DNA from: Felis catus | Lineage: Eukaryota | Length of the DNA stretch: 64,000 bases | Direction: 5' to 3' | Assembly: GCF_018350175.1 (NCBI RefSeq) | Contig: NC_058383.1 | Coordinates: 20,710,001 to 20,774,000 of the forward strand | In this document: piece after piece, positions 1-10,759 of the stretch | Numbering within the stretch: position 1 is the stretch's first letter | How the letters are laid out: each line of letters starts with the position of its first letter | Made by a program: the position numbers and the translations under genes | Notes under the pieces: model-generated | What the model saw: only the letters and a program-made list of their open reading frames with translations | Database searches by the model: none | Told to the model about the DNA's origin: nothing

Positions 1-70
1 TGTAGACTGTTCAACCTTGCTCACGAGTCGTCCGCTAGAAAATAAGCACATAACTATTTACAATTACATA

Positions 71-274
71 TTTTTTTAAATATTTATTTATTTAAGAGAG
101 TGAGCATAAGAGGGGAAGGGGTAGAGAGAAAAGGGACAGAGAGAATCCCAAGCAGGGGCTCCGTGCTGTCAGCGCAGAGCCCAACGTGGGGCTCGAACTC
201 ACAAACCATGAGATCATGACCTGAGCCGAAATCAAGAGCCAGATGCTTAACCAACTGAGCCCTCCAGGCGCCCC
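71..274 (-). mobile_element. Can-SINE (felid SINEC)
   Basis: Reverse complement of SINE: T-rich tail, (GA)n, ends ...CTGAGCCCTCCAGGCGCCCC. Confidence 0.95.
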
Positions 275-294
275 TACGATTATATTTTAAATAG

Positions 295-760
295 AAAGTT
301 CAATATGAATTCTGAGAACCTGTAGGATGTGTCTAAAGCCGTTCTCAGTGGAAAACTCATAGTTCCAAATGTTAGGAATCTTAAATGAGGCAAACGAAAA
401 CAGATTCTGCTTACCTCAAGGATCTAGAAAAAAAGCAAGATGAATGCAAAGAAGACAGATGGCGGCCATTTTCAAAGACAAAAGAAGAAATTATTAGGGA
501 GAAAAAAGAGCTGAAATGATGAATCCAATCCCAACCATAGTTTCTGGTGGGGGGGGGGGACCCAACATCTCTTCACCTAATGCAGAGGAGAGCAAAGTCA
601 AATTCACAATACTAATGTAGAAGGGAGAAATAGTCTCTCTCAGAGGCAGAAGCAATTACATTCTGCAAGGGAAAAAAGTATGTGCCCAGAAAGCCTCAGA
701 AAGTGAATTCCATCAGGCCTTCAAGGAACAGAAAAAGCCTTCTGTCATTTAACCTGTGGT
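295..760 (+). mobile_element. Ancient L1 (L1M-type) ORF2 fragment
   Basis: A-rich; AACCTGTAGGATGTGTCTAAAGCCGTTCTCAGTGGAAAACTCATAG resembles the L1 ORF2 'NLWD.AKAVLRGKFIA' segment; heavily degraded. Confidence 0.7.
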
Positions 761-1300
761 AGAGCATTCTTTTAAGGCGTAAGTGTGATAAGTGCTCAGA
801 GAAAAATCTTCAAAAGCTTCCCAGGCACTTCAATGGAGCATTTTGCCGGTTCTCACAGCTTGGCTGTGGACTCGCCAAACGGACAAGAGAGAAGTTCATC
901 CCGGGCAGCGGGAACTGGGACGAAAAAGGCTTGGACTTAGGAGGAGATCAATATTCCTCAAACGGCACAAGCCTGGGGAAGAGGTTTTAAAAAGGATTCA
1001 ATTCCAGGAGTGGAACATACTTGGATAACCTGCAGTGATGAAGCTGATTCTAAAAAATACCTGAATATGGCACTAGACGATGGAAGACACGGCCAGGAAA
1101 GTAGTCACACCCTATGACAGCAGTCGCTCAACATCAACTCATTAGGACTCGGAAATACGGTGTGGTTAGCAAAAAGGTCAAGTAATCTCAGGCTACATTG
1201 CGGAAATACGCTCCCTCTGAAAAAAATAACAGTCTCTCTCTCCAGCGCTCTGGTGAGTACACTTTGACGTAGGGCTCAGTTTTAAAGGAATGTTAATTCA

Positions 1301-1515
1301 GGGGCGCCTGGGTGGTGCAGTCGGTTGAGCGTCCGACTTCAGCCAGGTCGCGATCTCGCGGTCCGTGAGTTCGAGCCCCGCGTCAGGCTCTGGGCTGATG
1401 GCTCAGAGCCTGGAGCCTGTTTCAGATTCTGTGTCTCCCTCTCTCTCTGCCCCTCCCCCGTTCATGCTCTGTCTCTCTCTGTCCCAAAAATAAATAAAAA
1501 ACATTGAAAAAAAAA
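1301..1515 (+). mobile_element. Can-SINE, young felid-type variant
   Basis: Full length, CpG-rich; identical flanks TTTTAAAGGAATGTTAATTCA at 1280-1300 and 1519-1539 (TSD). Confidence 0.97.
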
Positions 1516-1589
1516 TGTTTTTAAAGGAATGTTAATTCAGAGACAGCACATATCCAAAGAGAGATTGAATAAGGAGGAACTATTTAGTA

Positions 1590-2061
1590 GAATCTGTTGT
1601 TCTGCCTCGTTTCACTCTTTGGGAACAATTCATCTCCTTAGGGAAACATGCCCCCTACCATCATTCTTAGTCCACGTTAGGCCAGAGCAGCGGCTACATG
1701 ACCCAGGGATGCCCATCCACAGGCTTATCCTCCTGGGAAAAGTGACGGACTGTTTTTGAGGCTCACGATCATCACATCAAGTCGGGACTTGAATTGGAGC
1801 GATTATGAAAGTCTTCACTTCCTGCTCAGGTTGTTGGGTGGAGGGGACATAAGTCTGGGGCAACCAGGGGATGCTGTGTCCATGAAGCCAGTAGTAAAAA
1901 TATCATAGGTAAGAGATGGAGAGAGGTAAGGTTCCTGACAACATTTGATGAGAACGTTGGCCCAATCTTTGTTGAAGTCAGTTATGCGAATCTACAAATG
2001 TTCCTTAACTAGTTTGAGTTCAGTTTCTGCCATTCACCACCAAACAATTTCTAGCTAGTTC
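1590..2061 (+). mobile_element. MaLR LTR (MLT1J/K/L-like)
   Basis: Typical MLT1 3' end TTTGAGTTCAGTTTCTGCCATTCACCACCAAACAATTTCTAGCTAGTTCA. Confidence 0.6.
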
Positions 2062-2159
2062 AACCTTAAAACCACACCGTGAGATACGATTAAAGGAAAT
2101 ACTGTCTTTGAAATTGAGGAGGCACATGGATCGCGTGAGTGCCCTCTTGAAACTCTCCA

Positions 2160-3100
2160 TAGCAATTTCATTGCAATCAAGAACAACGTTAAATGACATG
2201 ACTAGTATTACTTTGCATTTTCCTAGAGGTTTTCAAAATGCAATAAGACAAGAAAAATAACTTGCCGAAATACTGGAAAAGAAAAGAAGAAAAAAAATCT
2301 CTTTGCTGATATCACTGTGTATCAAGACAATCTGAGAGGCTACAGATAAAAAACATTTTAATTTGATAAGATGGCTGAATAGAAGATAAATACACAAAAA
2401 ACAATGTATTTCCTAAATCAAGCATGCATGAAAATGGAAAAAAAAAACATATTCACAAGCATGATAAAAGCTAAGAAATACACAGAAATGTACTAGAAAC
2501 CCAAAACATATGGTACTTATATGAAAAAATGTATAAAATTGTATTTAAGGATATCTACCTAGATATCAATAAGTGGGAAGATATATTATCTCCATGGATG
2601 GGATACTTAATGGAGTAAAATATTGATTATCTGAAAACTACCATATTAATTCAAAGTAATTCAATCTGGATATCAAATTTTGTTAGTTTTATAAAATAAT
2701 GTTCATTTTCATACGGAAGAATAAATTTTCCAGATTAGCCAAAAATAGAAACAAAGAACAATGAGGGATGACTTGCCTTGCAAGACATTAAAACATACTA
2801 TGAAATTACCATAATCAAAACAATGTAATATTAATGTGGTATCGTGGGGAGATGAACCTTGAGATAAACTGCATTACATACAGCAATTTATACAATAAAA
2901 AGGTCAGTAACTAAATCATGACTTCATTTAATAAATGGTGCTGGCAGACCTGACTATTATCTAGGGGGAAAAAACTGGAACTCATTACCTTATACTGTAT
3001 GCTAAACTTTAGATAGATTAAGTAAAGAAAAAACAATATAGTTAAGATCCTAGGTTATAATTTAAAATGATACACGTATCTCTAGATACGTCATCACACA
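2160..3100 (+). mobile_element. Ancient L1 (L1ME-like) ORF2 RT-region fragment
   Basis: Very A-rich; CTAGAGGTT...GCAATAAGACAAGAAAAA...CTCTTTGCTGATATC resembles L1 'LEVLA.AIRQEKE...LFADD'. Confidence 0.75.
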
Positions 3101-3564
3101 AAATACGTAGAAGTTGTACAACTATTTCCTATCCCCTTATTTTATCCTCAGTCTTATCCCAGCCCTCTGGTGGAGGAGGAGGGGTATAAAGCAATCACGT
3201 AACAAAAAAAGGATTCTTAGACTCTAGGAAGGTATCAGGGTGGAGTGTGGTCACCAATGCCTGCAGAAAACTGCTATGTAACCAACAATGAGAAGGCATT
3301 TTGCTCTCATATCTTATCTAGTCTCTGATCACATTTCTCTGCTAGTTCCCAGCCAAATAAAGAATTTCCTGTATCATTATTTACCCTATTGTATTCTGAC
3401 CCATCTTATCTACAAATGTATCATTTGTTGTCAGGAGGAAAGACAAAGCAACCAAAACAAATGTGCTTCTTAACACAGTGACACATAGTCAGTATTCTAA
3501 TACACAGTCCTGGTAGAGTCGGGGAAAATCGAAGTGGAAGCTTCAGAAGAGAGGAGGGAAAACT

Positions 3565-3705
3565 CACGTTTATTGTTCACCTACTATGTGCAAAGTACTT
3601 TCAGTATCTCATGCCAAAGCAACCAGAGTGACTGTGTCATTATTCCTGCCTCGTAAAGAAGAGTAAGGTTCAGCAAGATCAAGTAACTTGTTCAAGGTCA
3701 CTGTG
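3565..3705 (-). mobile_element. MIR SINE fragment
   Basis: TTTATTG...CACCTACTATGTGC...AAGTAACTTGTTCAAGGTCAC MIR core. Confidence 0.7.
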
Positions 3706-3771
3706 GTAAGTTTCCTGATGTATTTATTGCCTGCTCTCGCGTTTCAGCACTTCGTTTGTTGTTTTCGTTTT

Positions 3772-3950
3772 GTATTTTTTTTGTTTTTTTGGAGGGAGGG
3801 AGGGAGACAGGGAGAGAGAGAGCTCTTGAACACATGGGAGGGGCAGAGAGAGAGAATCCTAAGCAGACTCCATGGACAGCACAGAGCCTATGCAGGGCTC
3901 GATCTCATGATGGTGAGATCATGACCTGAGCCGAAATCAAGAGTAGGACA
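3772..3950 (-). mobile_element. Can-SINE, head truncated
   Basis: GGGGCAGAGAGAGAGAATCC...GAGATCATGACCTGAGCCGAAATCAAGAG. Confidence 0.9.
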
Positions 3951-3959
3951 CAAACAATC

Positions 3960-4335
3960 TGCCCCATTCTTAGTCCATGTGCATCCAAGGATGGGCACAT
4001 GGCTGAGGCACAGCCAATCACTTTGTTCTATCTTCTGGCCACCAGGATTGGTTTAGGAATGGGCATGGAACCCTGGTCAGTTTTATTAGAGCAACTTTAA
4101 AATTTTATTGGAATTGTTGAAAAAAGTTCATTCCGCTCAAGTAGCTGAGCTGGTAAACTGTAAGCCTAGAGGTGCTAGAGTCTGTCCTGTGGACAGACCC
4201 AACCTGAGAACTGAGCTGAACAGATGAAAGACACAGAGTCTTGATCATAGAGTTTGAGCACCTGGATCCAGCCATACCTGAAGCAAAGACTGCCTTCTTT
4301 TGGACTGAGCAGACACATGGACTGATAAATTCCTT
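3960..4335 (+). mobile_element. MaLR LTR (MLT1K-like)
   Basis: AGCCAATCA...GATTGGTTTAGGAATGGGCAT...TTTGAGCACCTGGATCCAGCCATACCTGAAGC. Confidence 0.7.
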
Positions 4336-5499
4336 TACAGACTTCCATCACTTTATACTGGACGGCCATTCTCTGTATAGAAAACATCTGGATTACTTAA
4401 GTCACCACAGAGCTAAGAAGTGATACAACCCAAGATACTAATGTCTTTCTTTTGGACTCCAAGGATCATGATCTTTCCACAAGGCCACGCTTCCTGAAAA
4501 AAATCACTATTTATTAGCTGGTGGAAAATCGTACAATTCATAAAGGAATCTGCTGGGATATCTGACCTGTTCTTAGCCTGCTGTGAACTTGACACCGTCT
4601 TTGATGAATGGAATCGGGGAAGAACGTTCTGGGAAATTTGATGGAAATGAGATTTAAATTGTATTGTAAAAAAAGCAAAAACCAAAAAACAATGAAGACT
4701 AGTTCCCAAAGATTTGCCTTTATTCAGTAGGTACATGGTACTCAGGCAAAAGAACATTTTGAAGTGGAAAAGAACAAGCTCTGAGTCAAAAAACAGCAAG
4801 AGAAGTCTGGTCCCGCCATGCAGCTGTGCAATTTTAGGCAAAAAAGTGTCGTTCTCTAAGTCTTCATTTTTTTTTTTCTTCCTCCTGGCAGAGCTTTTGT
4901 GAGATGGAAATGCGATCCTGGCTGCTGAAGTACCTTTATTTATTTTTTTGAATTGCAAAGGGCTATCATGTAACATTATTAAATGTTGTGGGGGTATTTG
5001 GGTACAGTTTAGATTTCTATCGCCGTTATTACAATATACAATAGCAAGCCTTTAGATTTCATGTTTAAAAATAGCATACTGAAAGAAATAGATACTGGTT
5101 ACACAGTAAGTAGGCAGGATCCAGTTAATTGCATTTACTAATAAAAGAAATTAGCTCAAAGGTTGCATTGGAAAGATACAAATGGGGACTCAAATAAAAT
5201 AAATGCTACGTATTATATTTTCTTTCCAATATGTATGAAATGGGACAATAAGCAGACAATATAAATAAGATAAAATGGGCAAATAAAGAGAATAAAAAAG
5301 TTATAAGAAGACTGGAAAAAAATCCACAGGATTGAAACTACCAAACAAGACTACACAGAATAAATATAAATATGTGATAAGGTAAGAATAGGGAAAAGGG
5401 AGTATATTACAAAGCTAACAGAGTTAAAGAACTTAATGTACTAAGAGAAACAGGGGGGCTCTGAAGTCAAGCAGCTACCTGGATCTGTTGGAGGCACCT

Positions 5500-5720
5500 G
5501 ACATTTTACCAGTGCTCTGGGAAGCGCCAGGCATCGCACTGGGTCTCTTCGATTCAGTAATTCATTTATTCTAATAGAAGCATCTCAAGCTCAAGATCGG
5601 CATTCGCCTTTTACCAACAGGGAAGCTGAGGCCCAGAAGCTTCGATGACGTGCCCCAGGAGTTACAGGTGGTGACAGCGGAGCTTAGACGGGAACTACAG
5701 TCCTTTTTGGTCTAAAGTCC
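5500..5720 (-). mobile_element. MIR SINE
   Basis: TTTTACCAACAGGGAAGCTGAGGCCCAGAAG MIR core. Confidence 0.6.
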
Positions 5721-6560
5721 GTTGGCTCCGCCTCCCCACCCTCCGTCCCGCACTGCCTCTACAACAGCCAGGGCTCCCTCGCAGTGCCCCACAATGGCTG
5801 CTGCTTGTCATGGGTGTCACTGCAACTTCAAGATGGGAATGATATTCCTCCAGGGCGAGGCGAAGGTTCGGTGGAGCCCAGGGTCCACCCACGTTATTTC
5901 AGTAAACAGCCCCATTCTCCCCTCGGGAAGCCATCCCTACCGCACCTCTCCGCGCATGCTCAGTTCGGGGATGGGGGCGGTGCCTAGCTCAGGCTTCAGC
6001 CAATCAGCTCACTGAATTCCCTTCACAACTGTGATTGGTTAGAGGGAAGGGGAACAGATGACCCAGGCCAGCCAATCAGGGCCGCAGTCTTGGCTGGCTT
6101 GCCTCTAAGCTCCCAGAGTACTGGAGTCTCGCTACCAGCCCACCCCACCCCAGGTCCGCGCGGCCATATTTAAACCGAGGTTAAGTACTCTCACACCAGT
6201 TCTGCGGCCACCGCAGAGGGAATGGCCTTCCCGGGAATGGGCCACGTGGAGTGCAAAGTGGAGCCAGAACAACGTCTGGCGACGCCGGAGCCTCATTCAA
6301 GCCTAACCTGGAGCAAAAAGACCCCTGCACCTTACAGGTGCTTGAGCCAGCCTGCCTGGGGTCTCTGTTCCTCACAGCCTCCAATTTTCAAACAGAGGCA
6401 ATAGTGTGAAGCCTTGCGTCCCTCCTGCCAGAAGCTAGGAAGGAAGCCAAGAAGCTTCTCGCCCCTCAAAGCCTGCCGAGGCGGGACTCCAACCTGGGGC
6501 CAGGGGTCACTAGTAGACTACTATGGCCCAAGTGGGAACTCCCAGCATGCCTCAAACTAC
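5640..6560. promoter_or_regulatory. Candidate promoter: CpG-enriched with GC box, three CCAAT boxes, TATA/CHR-like element and ZNF143-like sites
   Basis: GGGGCGG ~5974-5980; CCAAT 6000 and 6072, ATTGG 6034; TATTTAAA 6167-6174; TCCCAGCATGCC ~6540-6551; GGAACTACAGTCC 5691-5703. Confidence 0.45.
5900..6400 (+). mobile_element. MaLR LTR (MLT1K-like), CpG-rich copy
   Basis: Same layout as 3960-4335 (AGCCAATCA/GATTGGTT pair, ...CAAGCCTAACCTGGAGC, GAGCCAGCCTGCCTGGGGTCTCTGTTCCTCACAGC). Confidence 0.55.
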
Positions 6561-6658
6561 TTGGATGCTTCCTTTGAAGATTAGATATTTTGATTATGTG
6601 CCTAAGAAGATCACAGATCCTCTTCTGTGTCGGGTTTCAATAGAAGGATTCAGATGAT

Positions 6659-6871
6659 GGGGCGCCTGGATGGCTCAGTCGGTTAAGCCTCCGACTTGGG
6701 CTCAGGTCATGATCTCACCGCCAGTGAGTTCGAGCCCTGCATCAGGCTCTGGGCCCACAACTCCGAGCCTGCAGCCTGGTTCGGGTTCTGTGTCTCCCTC
6801 TCTGTCTGCCCCTTCCCTGCTCATGCTCAGTCTCTCCCTCTCAAAAATAAAATAAAAACATGAAAAAAGAA
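6659..6871 (+). mobile_element. Can-SINE
   Basis: Full SINE; TSD AGAA(G/A)GATTCAGATGA at 6642-6657 and 6872-6887. Confidence 0.95.
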
Positions 6872-7084
6872 AGAAAGATTCAGATGAACCTGGATTCAAA
6901 TATTAGCTTTGCCACATAATAGAAGCACACTCCTTGGCAAATCAGTGGCTTTCTCACATCTCTGTGCCTTGATATATATATTATTTCCTCCACCTGGAAT
7001 CATATATATATACCACCTCCACGTTCCCTCTCCTGTTCCCCTGCCTGAGCACTGGTAATCATCCAAATCCCAGGACTCCCTGAG

Positions 7085-7480
7085 ATTTGAAATATCACTT
7101 CCTCCAGGAAGTCCTCCTTGACTTCTCACCGTAAGGTCTAAACGAAGGTCACCTCTTCCAGGTTCCCAAAGCTCCTCCATTCTTTCCTTGTCTCAGCCCT
7201 GGTCTCGTTATTGTAATCATAATTAAAAAGTAATTATAAATATCTAGTTCCCTCCCCAGAACAGAAGCTCCACAGGGGCAGGAAATATGCCACTGTACTC
7301 AGCATCAGATCTCCACGGGGAGCTAACGGTGCAAAAGTTGTGAAGAGTGAACAAATATCTCAGCCTTTAGAGTTGCTCATCTGTGAAATGGGCATAATCA
7401 TAGCCTCGTAGGATTGATTGCTCAGTAGGTAGGCTGCCCAGCACATGCCTGGCACAGAGAGAGGTTCAATAAATGTTATC
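7085..7480 (+). mobile_element. L2 3' end followed by MIR
   Basis: AAATATCACTTCCTCCAGGAAG...AAGCTCCACAGGGGCAGG (L2); CTCATCTGTGAAATGGGCATAAT...CAATAAATGTTA (MIR). Confidence 0.7.
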
Positions 7481-8174
7481 TGCCTGCTACACAGGTTACC
7501 TTTTCCAAGAATTTTTCTACGGCGTCGTTCTTTGCTAGTCACTAACTAGATCTACCTGTTTTCCATTAATAACGCTCATAAAATCCTCACTATTTCCTCA
7601 GGAGACCGTGACAACTCAGGGGTTAATGACCATCGGTCTCGGCTTGATAGTAAGTCCTGGGTCACAGTCACCACAGAAAGCTCTTTTTCTCTCAGCAGCT
7701 GTCAACACGGAAATAAAGTGATTAAAAGTGTTAAATATCATAGATAATAAATGGCACTAATATAAAACTTAATGCCCCTAATATTTCCTTTGAGTTGCTA
7801 CCTTTTGCATTAATTGAAGCAAGAAATGTTCCACTTAGTTAAAATATCTACTCAGTATCCTGCTCATAAACACATCTGCAGCCCGAGTTCACTGGTTCAG
7901 TGGGTTTAAATTAGTTGGTATCGATGTTATTGATGATCTGAGGGTTCGGAGAGCATGCTGAGGCCATAATGAGGAGGGTGATGCTCTCGTCTTCTCCACG
8001 GGCACGGACACAGGGTTTTGCTGGGGCAAAACTTCGGGGTTTTCGAACAAAAGCTACAAAGAGGACCGCAACAGACCCCGGCGTGACGATGGATCCTTCA
8101 CTGGAACGAACCCGCCTCTGCCATGTGTACCTGAGGCGGGGCAACGTTTTTTTACTGAACATCTATTACATATA

Positions 8175-8615
8175 AGGCAATGGACAGCACGGTGCTTAAG
8201 GACGCTGGCCCCAGAGTCCCGCAGGTTTGGGTCTGAATCTAGCTCAGACACTCCCTACCTATCCTCGGCCACAGCGCTTGATCTCTCTGATCTACTGTTT
8301 CTTTATCTGCAAAAGAAGATAATAATAGCACCCGAGAATAAAAGGCCCAGCACAGGGGACACAGTCAATGGGATCGTAACGGTGCTCAGGTGACAGATAG
8401 CAGCCACACTTGTGGTGAGCACAGCATAATGTGGAGGCTTGATGAATTCCTATGCCGCAGGCCTGAAACCCACGTTAACGACGTGTATCAACCATACTCA
8501 AACCTAGTAATAATAACATTAGCGCCCGAGTCATGGGGTGATGTACTGTGAGGCTCGAATCTACCAAGTCACCTTAGCACAGCGCCCGGCAGGTGCCAAA
8601 TGTTAGGTATCATCA
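8175..8615 (+). mobile_element. MIR interrupted by an L1 3'-UTR fragment (~8349-8505)
   Basis: MIR head and core flank GCACAGGGGACACAGTCAAT...TGTGGTGAGCACAGCATAATG...CCTGAAAC; flanks TAGC(A/G)CCCGAG duplicated. Confidence 0.65.
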
Positions 8616-9009
8616 TGGTCATGATACACGTGTGAGGTCGTTTCACCTTTACGTGGTCCCATCGGATATGCACTGTTGTCCTACTAGAAGGATCGCTGGA
8701 TTAACAGGCAAAACGTCCACGTTGAAAATCTGTTTACAACGACCAAACTCTAGACCACTGACAACACGAGACGCTGAGGGCATGGAGTAGTAGAAATTCT
8801 CCACTGCTGGTGGGAACACGAAACGGTCCAGCCATTCTGGAAGACAGCTGGCGGTTTCTTACAAAACTAAGCGTACTCTTACCATATGATCCAGCCATCA
8901 CCGCCCTTGGTATTTGCCCAAATGAGTCGAAAATTTATTCCACCCCAAACCCAACACGCTGCGGTTTTAGTCAAAGCGCCAAAACCTGGAAGCCAACCAA
9001 GGTGTCCTT

Positions 9010-9220
9010 AAAATTTTTTTTTAGTGTGTATTTATTTTTGAAAGAGAGAAAGAGTGTACATGGGGGAGATGCAGAGAGAGAGGGAGACACAGAATCCGAA
9101 GCAGGCTCCAGGCTCCGAGCTGTCAGCACAGAGCCTGACTCGGGGCTTGGACCCGTGAACCGCGAGATCGTGACCTGAGCCGAAGTCAGACACTTAATTG
9201 ACTGAGCCACCCAGGCGCCC
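9010..9220 (-). mobile_element. Can-SINE
   Basis: Full SINE; TSD CCAAG(G/A)TGTCCTT. Confidence 0.95.
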
Positions 9221-9312
9221 GCCAAGATGTCCTTTGGTAGGTGAATGGATAAATAAACTGTGGTATGTCCAGACAATGGAATCCTGTTCAGGGCTAAAAA
9301 CAAATAATATCA

Positions 9313-9532
9313 GGGGCGCCTGGGTGGCTCAGTCGGTTAAGTGTCCAACTTTGGCTCAGGTCACGATCTCACGGTTCCCGAGTTCGAGCCCCGCATCGGG
9401 CTCTGTGCTGACAGCTCAGAGCCTGGAGCCTGCTTCGGATTCCGTGTCTCCCTCACGCTCTCTTCCCCTCCCCCACTCACGTTCTGTCTCTCTCTCTCTC
9501 AAAAATAAATAAACATTAAAAAAAAAAAAAAA
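9313..9532 (+). mobile_element. Can-SINE
   Basis: Full SINE with poly-A tail. Confidence 0.95.
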
Positions 9533-9662
9533 GAACATCAAGCCATGGAATGGCGTGGAAGAATGTTAAACGTATATTACAAAGGGCAGGAAGCACATGA
9601 TTCCAAGTATAACGGCGTTCTGGAAAAGGCAAAGGTATGGAGACAGTAAAAAGATGAGTGTT

Positions 9663-9878
9663 GGGGCGCCTGGGTGGCTCAGTTGATGAAGCGCCCCACT
9701 CAGGACTCGGGTCACGATCTCACAGTTCGTGGGTTCGAGCCCTGCATCGGGTTCTGTGCTGACAGATGGGAGCCTAGAGCCTGTGTCCGGTCTTGTGCCC
9801 CCCTCTCTCTCTGCCCCTCCCCCACTAGCGCTCTGTCTCAGAAATAAATAAACATCTAAAACATTTAAAAAAGAAAAA
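9663..9878 (+). mobile_element. Can-SINE
   Basis: Full SINE head, body and tail. Confidence 0.93.
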
Positions 9879-10759
9879 GAGCAGTGTTTGCCAGGACTGG
9901 GGGGGGGGGGCTGGGGAGGGAGGAGAGGGACGAACGGGTGACGCAGACAGGCTTTTCAGAACAGTGAAACTATTCTGTATGACACTCCAGTGGTTCATAC
10001 CCACCGTTATAAACGGGTCCAAACCCGCAGAACGTACACCTACCCAGGAGTGAACACGATTGTACGCTACAGGGTCTCAAGGATTAAAAAACAAAACTGT
10101 CCCACGGATTAAGCAGCCGGGTGTCACCTCAGAGCACATATATTCGGTGTCTCCAAAAGCCCATGTTCTTATCTGTTAAATGGGAACAAGCAACCCAGGT
10201 GAGGTCGCCGTGGGCGTCAGTGAGGCCATGCGTTAGCAAGCCTCTGGCCCAGGGTAGGTGACCGGCAAGGAAGCGTTAGACCCACAGTCCCACACGGCCT
10301 CAGCTTGGGGGGGGGGGGGCACCTGTTTCGGGCATCACAGCCTGGGTCGGGGGCGGGGGCCGGTGCTGGAGGCAGGTGCGGAGCCAGCACGGACAGGAGG
10401 AAGCCGGAGCTGTTTACATTCCTAATTACAGGACCCGGGGCTTTCACACAGCCAGGTGTCATTCCAACAGACAAGGTTAATAGGATGTGAACGGGCCCAG
10501 CTGCCACCGCTCTGCCCAAGACGACAGGCGTGAAGTCAGATGAATTAACCCGAGGCCTGGCCACGCCGGTCGGCTTGAGCCGTTCGGAGGCGCGGGTTTA
10601 AAATTCAATCTGGCGGATTCTCAGGGTGCCCCTCGTAGCCTCCTCGACGTTGGCGGGGGGTCTGTTCCACAGGAGAGCAGCCGCCAAGTCAGACGGCTGG
10701 CTGGGCTGCTTTGAATGCTGTCCCCTTTCCCTGTCTCAGGGTGAAGTTCAGGGAGGAGG

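Larger units (their letters stand above)
900..2155 (+). mobile_element. L3/CR1 LINE remnant interrupted by a SINE and an MLT1 LTR
   Basis: Degraded CR1 RT/3' motifs, e.g. GCAAAAAGGTCAAGTAATCTCAGGCTACATTG (~1169-1200); resumes after ~2062. Confidence 0.55.
8750..10080 (+). mobile_element. L1MB/L1MC-type ORF2 end and 3' UTR, split by three SINEs
   Basis: CTGCTGGTGGGAA...CAGCCATTCTGGAAGACAG...TTACCATATGATCCAGC; GTGAATGGATAAATAAACTGTGGTAT; TCTGGAAAAGGCAAA. Confidence 0.85.

Noticed and set aside
1301..1400. tRNA-like A/B boxes (TGG..CAGTCGG, GAGTTCGAGCC)
   Set aside because: These are the tRNA-derived heads of Can-SINEs, here and in about 40 other copies, not tRNA genes.
4413..4976. 187-aa minus-strand ORF
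   Set aside because: Non-ATG start, runs through homopolymer tracts (KKKK, FFF-rich), and no protein family is recognisable; likely chance.
6160..6400. Pol III type-3 or snRNA gene downstream of TATTTAAA
   Set aside because: No recognisable PSE or snRNA body; the downstream sequence continues as MLT1-like LTR.
8810..9512. Recurrent peptides such as GAWVAQSVKRPTSAQVMISRF across many ORFs
   Set aside because: Translations of SINE sequence, not a gene family or repeat-array system.
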